The translations under genes and the position numbers were made by a program. A stretch of DNA of 64,000 nt from an uncultured bacterium (GTDB lineage: Bacteria; Desulfobacterota; Deferrimicrobia; Deferrimicrobiales; Deferrimicrobiaceae), in NCBI GenBank assembly GCA_963764045.1, contig CAVXQW010000011.1, positions 74,203 to 138,202 of the forward strand, given 5' to 3'. Shown one piece after another: positions 32,811-43,881 of the stretch. The notes beneath the pieces are model-generated. The model saw nothing but the letters and a program-made list of their open reading frames with translations. It did no database searches and was not told the DNA's origin. Every line of letters starts with the position of its first letter. Positions within the stretch are counted from its first letter, which is position 1.

Positions 32811-32897
32811 GCCGAAGTGGCGGAACTGGCAGACGCGCCAGATTCAGGGTCTGGTGGGGGCAACTCCGTGGGGGTTCAAATCCCCCCTTCGGCACCA
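32811..32897 (+). tRNA. tRNA-Leu (anticodon CAG), with long variable arm and encoded CCA
   Basis: GCCGAAGTGGCGGAACTGGCAGACGCGCCAGATTCAGGGTCTGGTGGGGGCAACTCCGTGGGGGTTCAAATCCCCCCTTCGGCACCA. 7-bp acceptor stem GCCGAAG/CTTCGGC, anticodon loop TTCAGGG, type II variable arm. Confidence 0.8.
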
Positions 32898-32907
32898 TGA
32901 GAAACCG

Positions 32908-32946
32908 AACGGGAGTCGTCGCAAGATGACTCCCGTTTTCATTTCC
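32908..32946 (+). terminator. rho-independent terminator after tRNA-Leu
   Basis: AACGGGAGTC-gtcgcaagat-GACTCCCGTT stem-loop followed by TTTCATTT. Confidence 0.5.
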
Positions 32947-32987
32947 GAGTGAAGCCGAATGGCGAATTTGAACGTGTTCGCGAATAC

Positions 32988-33686
32988 TTACGTCCGTGGC
33001 TTCATCGGCATGCGGATCGTGGCGACGCACCCACCCCCGGAGCCGTTCGCCAGCTGCAGCGTCCCTCCCCCCTGCTCCGCAAGATGCCGCGCGATCGGGA
33101 GCCCCATGCCCGTGTGGGCCGGACCGGTACGGGTAGTGAACCCGCTCTCGAAGATCTTATCCTCGAACCCCGCGGGAATCCCGGGCCCCTGATCGCTCAC
33201 CGTGAATTCCCACCCGACGGCGTCGATGGACACTCGTATCGAAAGTTCCCCACCCGTCTCCGACATGGCCTCCGATGCGTTGAACAGGAGCGCGAGAAGC
33301 GCCAATCCGAAATCCCGCCGGTCGGCGTTCAGGATCCCCGGAGGGACATCCGGGATCGGCAGTATCGTCACGCTGTTGCGGCCGAGGTCGTACCGCGAAA
33401 ACAGGAGAATCTCGTGAATCATCTCCCCGGGGACGAACGGTTCCGGGGAGGGAGCGTGCGGTCGCACGAACCGGGAGAACGGCTGGACGATCGCGCCGAT
33501 CTTTTCCCCGGCGGACAGGATCTTTCCGGCGCCGTCCCTGACTTTTTGCTCTTTCCCCGCGGCCAGCTGGATCAACTCGGAGAAGCCGAGTACGACGCTC
33601 AAGTGATTGTCGATCTCGTGGGCAACACCCATCACCATGCGCCCGAACAGTGCGAGCCGATACTGCTCGACGACATTCCGGTCCAT
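32988..33686 (-). CDS. sensor histidine kinase (HisKA + HATPase_c, no obvious sensor domain)
   Basis: 232 aa with H-box GVAHEIDNHLSVV and N/G boxes (LFNASEAM, DQGPGIP, GMGLPIARHL). Confidence 0.75.
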   Translation of the reverse strand: MDRNVVEQYRLALFGRMVMGVAHEIDNHLSVVLGFSELIQLAAGKEQKVRDGAGKILSAGEKIGAIVQPFSRFVRPHAPSPEPFVPGEMIHEILLFSRYDLGRNSVTILPIPDVPPGILNADRRDFGLALLALLFNASEAMSETGGELSIRVSIDAVGWEFTVSDQGPGIPAGFEDKIFESGFTTRTGPAHTGMGLPIARHLAEQGGGTLQLANGSGGGCVATIRMPMKPRT

Positions 33687-33701
33687 TGGGCCTCCCCGTT
33701 C

Positions 33702-35144
33702 CTAAATCTGCATCCCGAGCACGCCTCCGGGACCCCGCCTCTTCGAGTCGTACATCAGGCGGTCGGCGACGTTCAGGATCTCTCCCCGCCCTGGCGCGTC
33801 GTGGTCGCAGGAGGCGTACCCGACGCTCGCGGTGAAGGAGATGACGCTCTCCCCCTCCATGTTCAGCCTGACGTTCGATATCCCTTCGGCGATCCGCTCC
33901 GCGATCACCGCCGCGGAGGAAAGGTCGGTCTCCGGCAGGATCACCGCGAACTCGTCTCCCCCGTATCTCGCCGCGATGTCGGTCTTCCGCAGCTGGGCCC
34001 CCAGTGCGCCCGCAACCAGCGCAAGCACGCGGTCCCCGGTCGTGTGGCCGTACCGGTCATTGATCTCCTTGAAGCAGTCCAGGTCCAGCATGATGACCGC
34101 CATCGGCCGGACGTACCGGTTCGCACGTTCCAGCTCGATGGCGAGCTTCTCGTGGAACGACCCGTGGTTGTAAAGCAGCGTCAGGGAGTCCTTCTCGGCC
34201 AGCGATCTGACCAACCCGAACATCCCGGCATTCTCGATGGCGATGGCGAGGTAGGACGCGAGTACCCGCATCGTCGGGAGCAGCTCCGGCGCGAACGCGT
34301 TCGGCTCGGGGTGGTTGAGCATCAATACTCCGATGCTCTTCCCCTTGGACACGAGGGGGATGCACATGAACGAGCGGACGTCCGTGCGACGCCCCCCGTA
34401 ATGCAGAAAGTCCGGGGAGGATTTTACGTCGGGTATCCAGGCGGGCTCCCCGGTGGTGAACACTCTCCCTGCGATCCCTTCCCCCGGGGCGAGGGTGAAT
34501 TCCGGCATCGTGCCCCCATTGCCCAACGAGACGGATTTCGCCACCAGCCGCTTTGTCTCCAAAGAGTAAAGCATGATGCAGAAGTCGTTCAGCCCCAGCT
34601 TCGCCATCACCCGTTCCGGAATGATCCGGAATAGTTCCTCGGGGTCGAGGGTCCCGGCGATGAGGGTGGAGACCTCCGCCATCGTCCGGAGGTACTGGAC
34701 GTTCGACTCGAGAATCGTCCGCGTCTCCTCGAGTGCGCGCCGGAGGCGTTCGACCTGCGCGAGACGCTCCTCCCGATCCCGTACCGTCTCGCGAAGCGTG
34801 GCGACCGACCGCTCCTGCCTGGCGGAGATCGCATCCGCCAACGGGGCCAGAGGACCTTTCACCGACGGCAGGGGACCGTCGGTGCCTTCCGTTACAGCGT
34901 TCCGCAGCAACTGGAGATGCCGGAAAACGATTCGCTCGAAGAAGGTGGAACTGGCCACGGCAAGGACGAATTCGCCAGCGGCGGCTCCCGCCAGGAAAAT
35001 GCCGGGAACCGTGGAAAAGCCCCCGAGGAACAGGGACGCCGCCGCCGTCACCGCAAGAAGGCCGCACCAGGCGAGCGCGAACCCGACCCGCCACCCGGAA
35101 CGATCCGGGAAAGCCTCCTTGCTCCTGTCGGTTCCCTCCGGCAT
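33702..35144 (-). CDS. membrane-anchored GAF-domain diguanylate cyclase (GGDEF)
   Basis: 480 aa with N-terminal TM, coiled coil, GAF domain, GGDEF with RYGGDEF active site and I-site-like RxxD. Confidence 0.8.
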   Translation of the reverse strand: MPEGTDRSKEAFPDRSGWRVGFALAWCGLLAVTAAASLFLGGFSTVPGIFLAGAAAGEFVLAVASSTFFERIVFRHLQLLRNAVTEGTDGPLPSVKGPLAPLADAISARQERSVATLRETVRDREERLAQVERLRRALEETRTILESNVQYLRTMAEVSTLIAGTLDPEELFRIIPERVMAKLGLNDFCIMLYSLETKRLVAKSVSLGNGGTMPEFTLAPGEGIAGRVFTTGEPAWIPDVKSSPDFLHYGGRRTDVRSFMCIPLVSKGKSIGVLMLNHPEPNAFAPELLPTMRVLASYLAIAIENAGMFGLVRSLAEKDSLTLLYNHGSFHEKLAIELERANRYVRPMAVIMLDLDCFKEINDRYGHTTGDRVLALVAGALGAQLRKTDIAARYGGDEFAVILPETDLSSAAVIAERIAEGISNVRLNMEGESVISFTASVGYASCDHDAPGRGEILNVADRLMYDSKRRGPGGVLGMQI

Positions 35145-35271
35145 GAGGCGAAATTACCACGAAATCCCAATACCTGAAACGGAGGATTGCGGGTGAAACG
35201 TCCGGATCCATCTTCCGATCCCCGCGGCGTTCGTGGTCGAGGCAGTGGGGCACAGGTACTCCCGTGGGTCG

Positions 35272-38092
35272 TCAGAACACCGCACCGATGGTGAAGTGCC
35301 ACTCCGCCGCGGACTCTCCCTCGTGACGATCGAGTTTCCAGGCGTAGTCGAGGCCGATGGGTCCGACAGGCGTCAGATAACGCAGGCCAAGACCGGCCGT
35401 TTTCCGAAGGTCGAAGCCGTTCGCCCCGTCGTGGGCAAACCAGTTGCTCCCCGTGTCGACGAACAACGCCCCGATCAACCCGTACCGCAGCGGGATGCGC
35501 AGTTCGGCGTTCCCGTTCACCATCAAGTCGCCGCCGGTGGGCGATCCGTCCGGCGCTTTTGGCCCCAGGGTATCTTCCTTGAAACCGCGAACGGTGTTCC
35601 GTCCTCCGAGGAAGAATCGTTTCTGGATCGGCACCTCCTGCGTGGGCCCGAAGGAGTGGGCAATGCCTGCCCTGCCGGAGAGAACGATCGTATAGCGCCG
35701 GAAGACGGTGAAATAGAAACTGCTCTGGCCGGACAGCTTGTAGTAGTCCACCTGGGAGCCCAGCGGCAGCAACGCCAGCTCCGCCGATCCTGCAAGGAGG
35801 GTCCCCTTCTTCGGGTTGAACGGGTCGTCGCGGAAATCAAGCACCGCCAGCGCGCGGACCGCGGCGATAGTGGCGTATCCCTGGTCTTCGGGCGAAAGGA
35901 CCGCGCCGGGCGCCACGTCCCACACCTCGTCCCGGGACAGTTCGTACTGCAGCGACACGGAAGATCGTTCGAGTATTTTCCTGGTGATGCTCGCCACGAC
36001 GCTCGCCTTCCGGAAGTTGAAACTCACACGCTCGGCCTTCTCGTACAATCCCGTGAGCCCGCCTTCCCACTTCCACCGGTTGCCGAAGATCCAGGGCTCC
36101 CGGAGATCGCCGATCAGCTTATCGTCCTTTTGACTCAGGACGGTCTGCGCGGAGACGCTTCTCCCGAGGCCATCGAGGTTCTTCTCCTTCGCCCCGAGGA
36201 GCCCGCGGAAACCGGTGTCGGTGCCCCACCCGCCGCCGAACTCCACCTCGAAAAAGAGGGCCTCCTCGACCTCGAACACCAGGTCCAGGATGCCTTCTTC
36301 CGGACGCTTCACGCGCTGAATCCGTACACTCTTGTAGAGTCCCGTGGCGTAGACCGCCTGCTGGAACCGGAGCAGATCCTTTTCTCCGGCCGTTCCCCCC
36401 GGAGCGATCGGGTTCTCGCGCAGGATCGCCGCTGCCCGCGTGAGAAGCGTTCCCCGGATCACGATGGTCCCGAGGCGGTAACGGGGCCCCTCGATGACTA
36501 CGAAGCGCAGCGTGGAGGTGTCGTTCCCCTCGAAGAGCACTTCCGACTCCACGCGCACATCCAGGTAGCCGGAATCGCGATAGAGCGCGGTCACCGCCGT
36601 CCTGATCGGCCTCCGCCCCGGGGTAGTCGAGGTACGCCCCCTCCTTGTTCCTCATGAGGGCCAGGAATTCGGATCGGAGGAAGTGGTCGTTCCCCTGGAA
36701 AACGATTTTCCCGACCCGGTATCGCGGCCCCTCCTCGACCCGGATCGTTTTCACGATCCCGCCCCGGTCGTCCCAGGTGTTGTCGACCCCCAGGATCTTC
36801 ATCCGGGCGTACCCGGACTTCTGGTACAGACCGACGATCGCATTCATGTCGTCGTTCCACATTTCATCGTTGTATTGCCCGGAACCCGTGATCCAATGGA
36901 ACACCCCGCGTCCCTTCGTCGTCATCTGTCCGCGAAGCACCTTCTCGCTCAACCCCCGATTCCCGGAGAAGCGGACGGCCTTGATATAGCCGCGTTTCCC
37001 TTCCACGACCGACACGATCAGAGGGGTCCGGCCCGCGGACGGCTCCTCCACGGTGACGGTGGCGTCGAACTGCAGGTAGTCCCGTTCCCGGTAAAACGTG
37101 ACCAACCGCTCCCGCATATCGCGCACCAGGGCTCCCTCGGAGATCTCTTCGTCTCCCCGGAGTCCGGCGACCTCCGAAAGACGGTCCGGCGTGAAGGCGG
37201 CGACGCCCTCCCAACGCACGTCGTACCGCGGCCCCTCCTCCACCTGGACGGCCAGGCACAGGAGATCCGAAGACGGGTCGCACCGGTCGACCGTGTCGCT
37301 AAGGTGCACGGTGAGGAACCCCTCCCGCTTGTACTCTTTCCTCAATCGGGAGAGCCCCTTTTCCCACCGCTGGAAGTCGTACGGCTTCCCCGCTTCCGCG
37401 CCGAGAAACCGCTCCATCTCTTCGGGCGTGAACCGGGTCGCCCCCGGAAACCGGAGATTTCCCACGGTTCCGGGTTCTCCCTCTGCAACCGTGACAAGGA
37501 TCTTTCCCCCGCCATTTTCCACGTCGCAGGTCACCGAAATGGAGACCGTCCCCCGGACGAACCCTTTCTGCACCAGCAAGGCCCTCACGGCCCCTTCCGC
37601 GTCGGCAAGATCCTTCTCCTCGACGGCGGACCCGCGCTTCAGCCGTGACGCCGAGATGATCTGCGCGGGGGTGAACCGCTTTACCCCCGCCACCACGATC
37701 TCCGAGACGAGAGGGAGCGGCCGGAGGAAGAAGAGGAGATCCACCTTTCCGTCCGTTTCGCGAGTGAACGCGGAAACCTCCCGGAAAACCGATTTCTCGT
37801 ACAACCCCCGGATCGACGCGCGGACCGCCTCCCTGGTGAGACGATCCCCCGGACGCACCTTGATGAGCCCGGCGAGTTCCACATAGGAGATCAGGAACGG
37901 GGAAGACACCTGGAAAGAGATCGAGGAGATGATGGGTCCGGAGGCTGCCGTCACGGGAGGGTCGGCCGCGATTGCGGACCCACGCGGGAAGAAGAGGAGC
38001 GATGCCGCCAGGAGGAGCGGGAGAACCTTGGGGCCAGTCCAGGAATAATCTGTGCTCGCCGTATTCCTGGACGGACCCTCACTCATTCCCAC
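35272..38092 (-). CDS. Omp85-family outer-membrane assembly protein (TamA/BamA-like; POTRA repeats + beta-barrel), one frameshift near 36600-36625
   Basis: Signal peptide plus POTRA domains in ORF 36119..38092, up to ...MRNKEGAYLDYPGAEADQ. Barrel domain (TALYRDSGYLDVRV... C-terminal ...WHFTIGAVF) in ORF 35272..36594. Junction read manually. Confidence 0.75.
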
Positions 38093-41000
38093 GAAAGAAA
38101 TCCTTCCACTGTGGATACCGGTAACGGAACTTGAGGTCGGCGCCGAGATCCCCCCCCGTGGTCGTAGTGGCGCTCTGCCATGACCCCTGGAGAAAGATAT
38201 GCTCCCGAAGTTTGATCTCGGCGGTGGCGACGCTGTCGGCCGACTGGCCGATGGCCGTGGCCATGGAAACGGAGGCCTGATCCCCGAACGATTTACCCAC
38301 GACGAACTTCGGTTCGAACGTCTTCGTGGTCGAAGAGTACCCCGGCTCGATGGCGAACTTGTCGAGTCCCACCGTGCTCCGGATCTTCTCGTTCACCCCC
38401 CCCACGGTGCTCCCGATCGCGATTGCCGCCGTACTGCCCCCGCCGGAAGAGGTCCCGGTGCCCGTGCCGGTAGAAGCGGTATTCTGCGTCGTAACGCCGA
38501 ACGCAAGGAGGCTCACGATGTCGGTTCGGCTCAACGGCGGGTCGGACGTGAAGTCCACCTCCGGCTTCTCGAAGGTCCCGGAGACCAGTACGGCAATATT
38601 GTAGCTTCCCTTCCTCGTCTCGCCCCGTGCGTCCAGGCGGGGGTTGATCCTCCGTGGATCCTGGAAGTCCACGGTGGCACGCTTCAGCTCGTACCGGCTG
38701 CCGTATAACTCGACGTACCCTTCGTAGACATCGAACGTCCCGAGGATGATCACTTTGCGGGTGTCCCCCGCGACCTGGAACTCCCCGCCGGCTTTCAAAT
38801 CCGCCAGGTTGTTCTTGATCCGGATCGTCCGATCCGCGACTACGTTGATGTCCAGCCGAACGCGGAAATCGGATTTTTCCCTCCGCGCGACGACATCCGA
38901 GAGCCTCCGACTGAAATCGACGAGCGCTTTCTCGGGGTAAAGGACCCGGGTGTAGCGCGCGGATTGCACCTCGACATCCCCCGTCACCAGCAGATCTTCC
39001 ACGGGTCCGATCAACTCCACGTGCCCCTGGACGACCGGATGAAAATCCTCCGGGTAAGGGTAGCGCATGTCGAGGAAGTCAACAGAGAAGTAAAGGCGAT
39101 GCCCCGCGTCCATCGTGAGCGGGACCTCTCCCCATCCGTCGAGGAAGCCGCCTCCGCTCTTCGCCTCGAAATGCTCGAAAACGATCTTTTCGCGGCTGAT
39201 GACCGCGTCCGCACGGATCCCTTCGAAGAGCTGGTTGTATCCGATGAACGAGAGGGTGCCGCCCTCAAGGTGCCCTGTCCCAACGATCGAGGGGTCTTCC
39301 CGGTTCCCGGTGACCCGGGCTTCGAGGGTCACCGTACCGTCGAGGCGGTCGAACACGGAGGGAACGAAAAGCCGGACCGAGGACGCCGGCAGCTTCCCAT
39401 CCACGCGGACGTCCAGATCTCCGCCCCAGGAGACGCTCCCGGAGATCCCGAGGGGGTTCCCCGCGGCGAGGATCGTTCCGCCGGTCCACCGGATCCCCGT
39501 CGGATCCATCCGGGCGGAAAGGTCCTTCCCCGAGAGATCGAATCCTCCCTCCCGATAGGTGAGGGATTCGATGAGAACGGTCCCCGAGGTCTTCTCCGCC
39601 GCGCGGAGAGCTCCCTCGATCTGCGCCCGCCCGCGAAGGGAGAAACGGCGGTTCCCGTTTTTCACCGTTCCGTTCCCGGAGTCACCAATGCTGAACGGCC
39701 CCTCGAGGAGGAAGCCGAACGGCTCCCGCAGGGAGACCGACCAAGCGAGCCGGGAGTCGGGGGCACGGGTCAGGACCTCCCCCTCGAAGACGTCCCCGCG
39801 CTTCCTGCCGGAGGCACGGCACTCTTCGAAACGCACTTCGCCGACGGAAAGATTCGTCGCCCGCACCGATCCGTGCAGGGCGGGAAAGAGCCCGGGGGAA
39901 AGGGGACCGTCCTCGACGACGTCCGCCAGGCGGATCACCCCGCCGGCCTCGGCGCTCCACGCGCCTCCGGAAGCGACCCCGGATCGCCCCGCGGCGACGA
40001 GGAGAAGCGAGGTGGGGATCTCCGACGCAACCAACGACACCTTCGTCGGCCACCCTTCGGAGCGGCTCACCTCCCCGTCGATCTGCACCTTGGGCGACAC
40101 GGCGTGGGCGGAGAACGTCCCGTCGGCCGCTCCGAGACGGCCTTCCACGCGCACCTCCGACAGCCGCGCCGGGCCCACCGAGAGCTCCTTCGTCCCGGCC
40201 GTGAATCGCGGCACCTCCCAACCCATCGGACCGTGGCGGCCCGCGAACCCGGCGTCGACGGTCCCCCTCACATCCAAGGAGTTGTCGCGGTGGAGCAACG
40301 AGAACGCCTGGGCGATCTCGATCCCCTCCACGTTTCCTTCGATCCCAATCCCGTTTCCGCCGTCGCCGTTTGCCGCTACATGGAACGCGCCATCCCCGAA
40401 TTTCCCCTCCGCGCGCGCATCCCAGCGATCGGGGGATCCCGGGCTCCCGAACTTCCCCTCCGCCCGCAATGCCCGCAGCGGGACCCCCCGGATGTCGACG
40501 TGCGCGGTCTGGAACCGCCCCGTCGCCTCGACCTTCCCCGCCGCGACGCGGATCCTCCCGTCCGCTTCCCCTTTCCCCTCGATGCCGGCGAGATAACGGG
40601 TTGCCCCGCCGGCGTCCGCTCCCAGGGACGCCGCGACCGCGGAAACCCAACGAGCGGTATCGGACAGGTCGATCTCCCGCACCGCGACCGTCAATTCCGA
40701 TACGGTCCGTTCCCGATCGAACGGGGAGGTCAACGTTCCCTCGGCGGTGGCCCTGAACCTCGGCGCGGTGACGTCGGCCGAAACATGGAGCGCCTCGGAC
40801 GGCGTACCGTCGATCTTCAACAGCAACGGAAGGGGGGGAGCGCCCGAATCGCGAGCGCGGTCGCGGAAAGTGACACCTTCGCGTGCAAGCGGGACCAGGG
40901 GCCGGAGAATTCCCACTCCCCTTCGACTTTTTCCCAGGCGAGATGTTCACCGACGCCGTAATCGGCCGCCTTCCCGGCGGGGAGAGAAAGGGATCCGCGC

Positions 41001-42382
41001 AGACGGAGCGTCTCCCCGGCAATCGATGCCTCGCCCTCTCCGCGCGATTCCGCTTTTCCCGCCAGGAGGCGAAACGAATCGATCCTCACGTCCCGCCCCC
41101 CCGAAACGGATCCGGCCGCCTCAAGCGACATCGGGAACCGCAGCGCCGGACCGCTCCCTGCCGGAGGGGAAATCCGTTCGAATCCACCGGGGAGCGAAAG
41201 CGACACGGCCCCTTCGAGGCGATCCAGCGTTCCCGCGACGCGGACGGATGCGTCTCCGGTCCCGGCAATCGAGCCCGGAACACCGAACGCCTTCCACGGA
41301 ACCGCGGCGAGGGAAACCCGGCGCAGGGACGCCTTCCCCTCCACATGCCCGGAGTCGGTGCGGAACAGCCCGTCGGCCTCCAGCACTCCCCCCCACAGTT
41401 TCGCGCGCGCCCGGGTGAGGCGGAGGTCACGACCGCGCAAGGAGAGTTGCACCTCCCCCTCCGCCCCGGCGGCACCAGGAACCCCCGCATTACGGAAAAC
41501 GAGACGGGCCGCTCCTTCCGGTTCGTTCCACGGACCGTCGACCGTGACGGAGTACTCCGCCTTCCCCTCCCGGACGAAGCGCCGCAAATACGAAATCCCC
41601 GGGGCGCGGGCCGCGATCCACCCCGCGATATCCAGTTCCCCCGACGCCTTCGCGGACACCAGCCGCTTTCGCGTGTCGAGCGAGCCGGAAAGGCGAAGCG
41701 CGGCGGAGTCCCGTTCCGCCTTGAACTTCCGGACGCGCAATACCCCCTCCTTGTAGGAGAGGTCCGCCTCGATCGACGGAAACGGCCATGCCCCGCCCGC
41801 ATCCCCTGGCAGCGCCACGTCTCCCTCCGTCCGTTCGAGGGAGGCGGTGACATGCGTCCCGAGGAAGCGCCCCTCGCGAATCCGGAGTTCCCGCACGACC
41901 GTCTGGAAGCGGTGAACCGGCCCTGGGGGGGTAAGAAGGATCGAGCCGTCCAGGAGAAGGATCTCGGGAAGGGAGGGGGACGGTCCTTCCTTCCGCGTCG
42001 ACATCCATCGATCGTAGAGCGCGCGGTTTCGTTCGCCCGCTTCAAGGTGGAAATCCCGGACCCGGATCCGGGATACGGGGAGGCCCCCGGCGAGAAAACG
42101 GAGCGGAGAAAGGGAGACGTCGACGGAACGGGCGGTTCCGAGGGGGAGATCCGCGAGCGCGTCTCGTACAACCACGTTGTCGATGGAGACATGTAGATGC
42201 AGCAGGTGGAGCTTCAGTTCACCGAATCGGATCGCGACGCCTTCGCGGGCCGCGGCGTCGACCAACGCTTCCCCTGCCTGGCGCATCCTCTCCGGGATCT
42301 CGAGCGACAAGCGCCACCCGACGACCGAAAGGAGGAGGAGCAGCAGGCCGGCCCCGGTCCAACGCACCCATCGCTTCGACAT
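38079..42382 (-). CDS. tamB: translocation and assembly module TamB-like (DUF490), frameshift at the G7 run 40832-40838
   Basis: N-terminal TM anchor MSKRWVRWTGAGLLLLLLSVVGW (ATG 42380-42382) and ~500 aa in ORF 40817..42442. Remainder, including the C-terminal DUF490 (LDARGETRKGSYNIAVLVSGTFEKPEVDFTSDPPLSRTDIVSLLAFGV), in ORF 38079..40916. Frames join exactly at a G7/C7 homopolymer. Confidence 0.75.
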
Positions 42383-42406
42383 GATCCAATTATAGAGGAA
42401 GGAGGA

Positions 42407-42481
42407 TGGAGCGGGCGACCGGATTCGAACCGGCGACGTCAAGCTTGGGAAGCTTGCATTCTACCCCTGAATTACGCCCGC
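42407..42481 (-). tRNA. tRNA-Gly (anticodon CCC)
   Basis: Reverse complement is GCGGGCGTAATTCAGGGGTAGAATGCAAGCTTCCCAAGCTTGACGTCGCCGGTTCGAATCCGGTCGCCCGCTCCA. Cloverleaf with anticodon loop TCCCAAG. Confidence 0.8.
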
Positions 42482-42537
42482 ACGACTGATATTCCTACCA
42501 TAAGCGCGCGTCGGTTTGCAACCGGCCGATACGCCGT

Positions 42538-43879
42538 TCAGCCCCGCAGGCGGGTTTCGACGTCGCGGTATCCCGGGTTCTTTTCCTGGATTTCCCGGAA
42601 GATTTCTCTCGCCTCGTCCCGCCGTCCTGCGTTCTCCAGGAGCACCGCCTTGTGGTATCGCACGTCGCGCTCCACCTCCTCTCCCGCGGTGGATGCGGCG
42701 AGGATCGCTTCGAGCACGGCGAGCGCCCCGTCGAAGTCGGCGCGGTCGGCCAGCGTGTCGGCCAGGAGCGACCCCGCCCCCACGAATAGCTCCGGCTTGC
42801 GCATCGCCAGCCGAAACTCCGTCACGGCCTCGTCGAGCAGCCCCATCTCCTTATAGGCGATCCCAAGGTTGTACCGGGCCTCGAGATCCGTATCCCCGAT
42901 CTCTTCATCGACTTTCGCCTGCAGCCGGCCGAGAGCGCTCCGAACGATGCTCTCCTCCTGCTCGTACCCCCCCTCTGCGGTCTTCGCCGGTGGAGAGGAC
43001 GGCTCCTCGTCGGGAGCCTCCACCGGGGGTACGGGAGTCACCGGGGGAGGAGGCGCTTCTACCCGAGGCGGCTCCGGCTCGGCGCGCTTCCTGGCCGCTT
43101 CCGTGAAAGAGAACACCCCGGCGGCCGCGACATCCCATCCGCCGCGGATGGCGTCGAGGACCTCCCGCATGGTCGCCGCCCGTCCGGGGTCGCCGTCGGT
43201 GGACTCGGCGTCGGCGACCCGGTCGAGGATCGGGAACCCCTCCTCCGGCATCCCGATCGCAAGCCACAGGAAACCGCACGGCTCGAGGACGGACCAGATC
43301 GTCGCCGGCCAGGGAAACGAGGGAGCGCAACCGCTCGGAGAACTCGACGTACATCCCGCTCGACATCGTCTGCGGGACCGCTCTTTCCAGTTCGTTGACC
43401 GCCTCGTGCAGTTTCTTCTGGCTCCGGAGGATGTCGGACATGTAGAGCCGCGGCAGGGGGTTCTTCTTCAGAAACTCCGCCGTCTGCCGGAAAAAGTCGA
43501 GCCGCTGTTCGTCGGAGGTGAACCTCGCCGGGTCGGAAGCCACCTTCCGAAGCTCCGCCTGGGCATCCGAGGAGAGCCCCTCATGCGCCAGAAGCCGGAT
43601 CAGCCACTTCTGGAAGTCGTTGTTCCCGGGATCGTGCTTCTGCATCTGGCGCAGAACCGCGATCGCCTTGCTGACAAACCCATCCTTCTCGTACAGGACG
43701 GCGGCGCGGGCAAGCTGGTCCAGCCCCTCGACGACCTCCCCCTGCTGCATCAGGAAGATGCCGAGCTTCTGGCGGGCCTGCGGGTCGTTCGGCGACGACT
43801 GGACCTTCCGGGACAGGGAAACCCGGTCCTCCTGCTCCTGCGACGAGAACATTTTCTTGAAGGAATCGAGGAATCCCAT
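42538..43879 (-). CDS. TPR-repeat protein (frameshift ~43270-43300)
   Basis: N-terminal 200 aa of ORF 42905..43879 (MGFLDSFKKMF...TPR-like helices). Continues in ORF 42538..43251 (…LAIGMPEEGFPILDRVAD…TPR repeats…). Confidence 0.55.
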
Positions 43880-43881
43880 CT

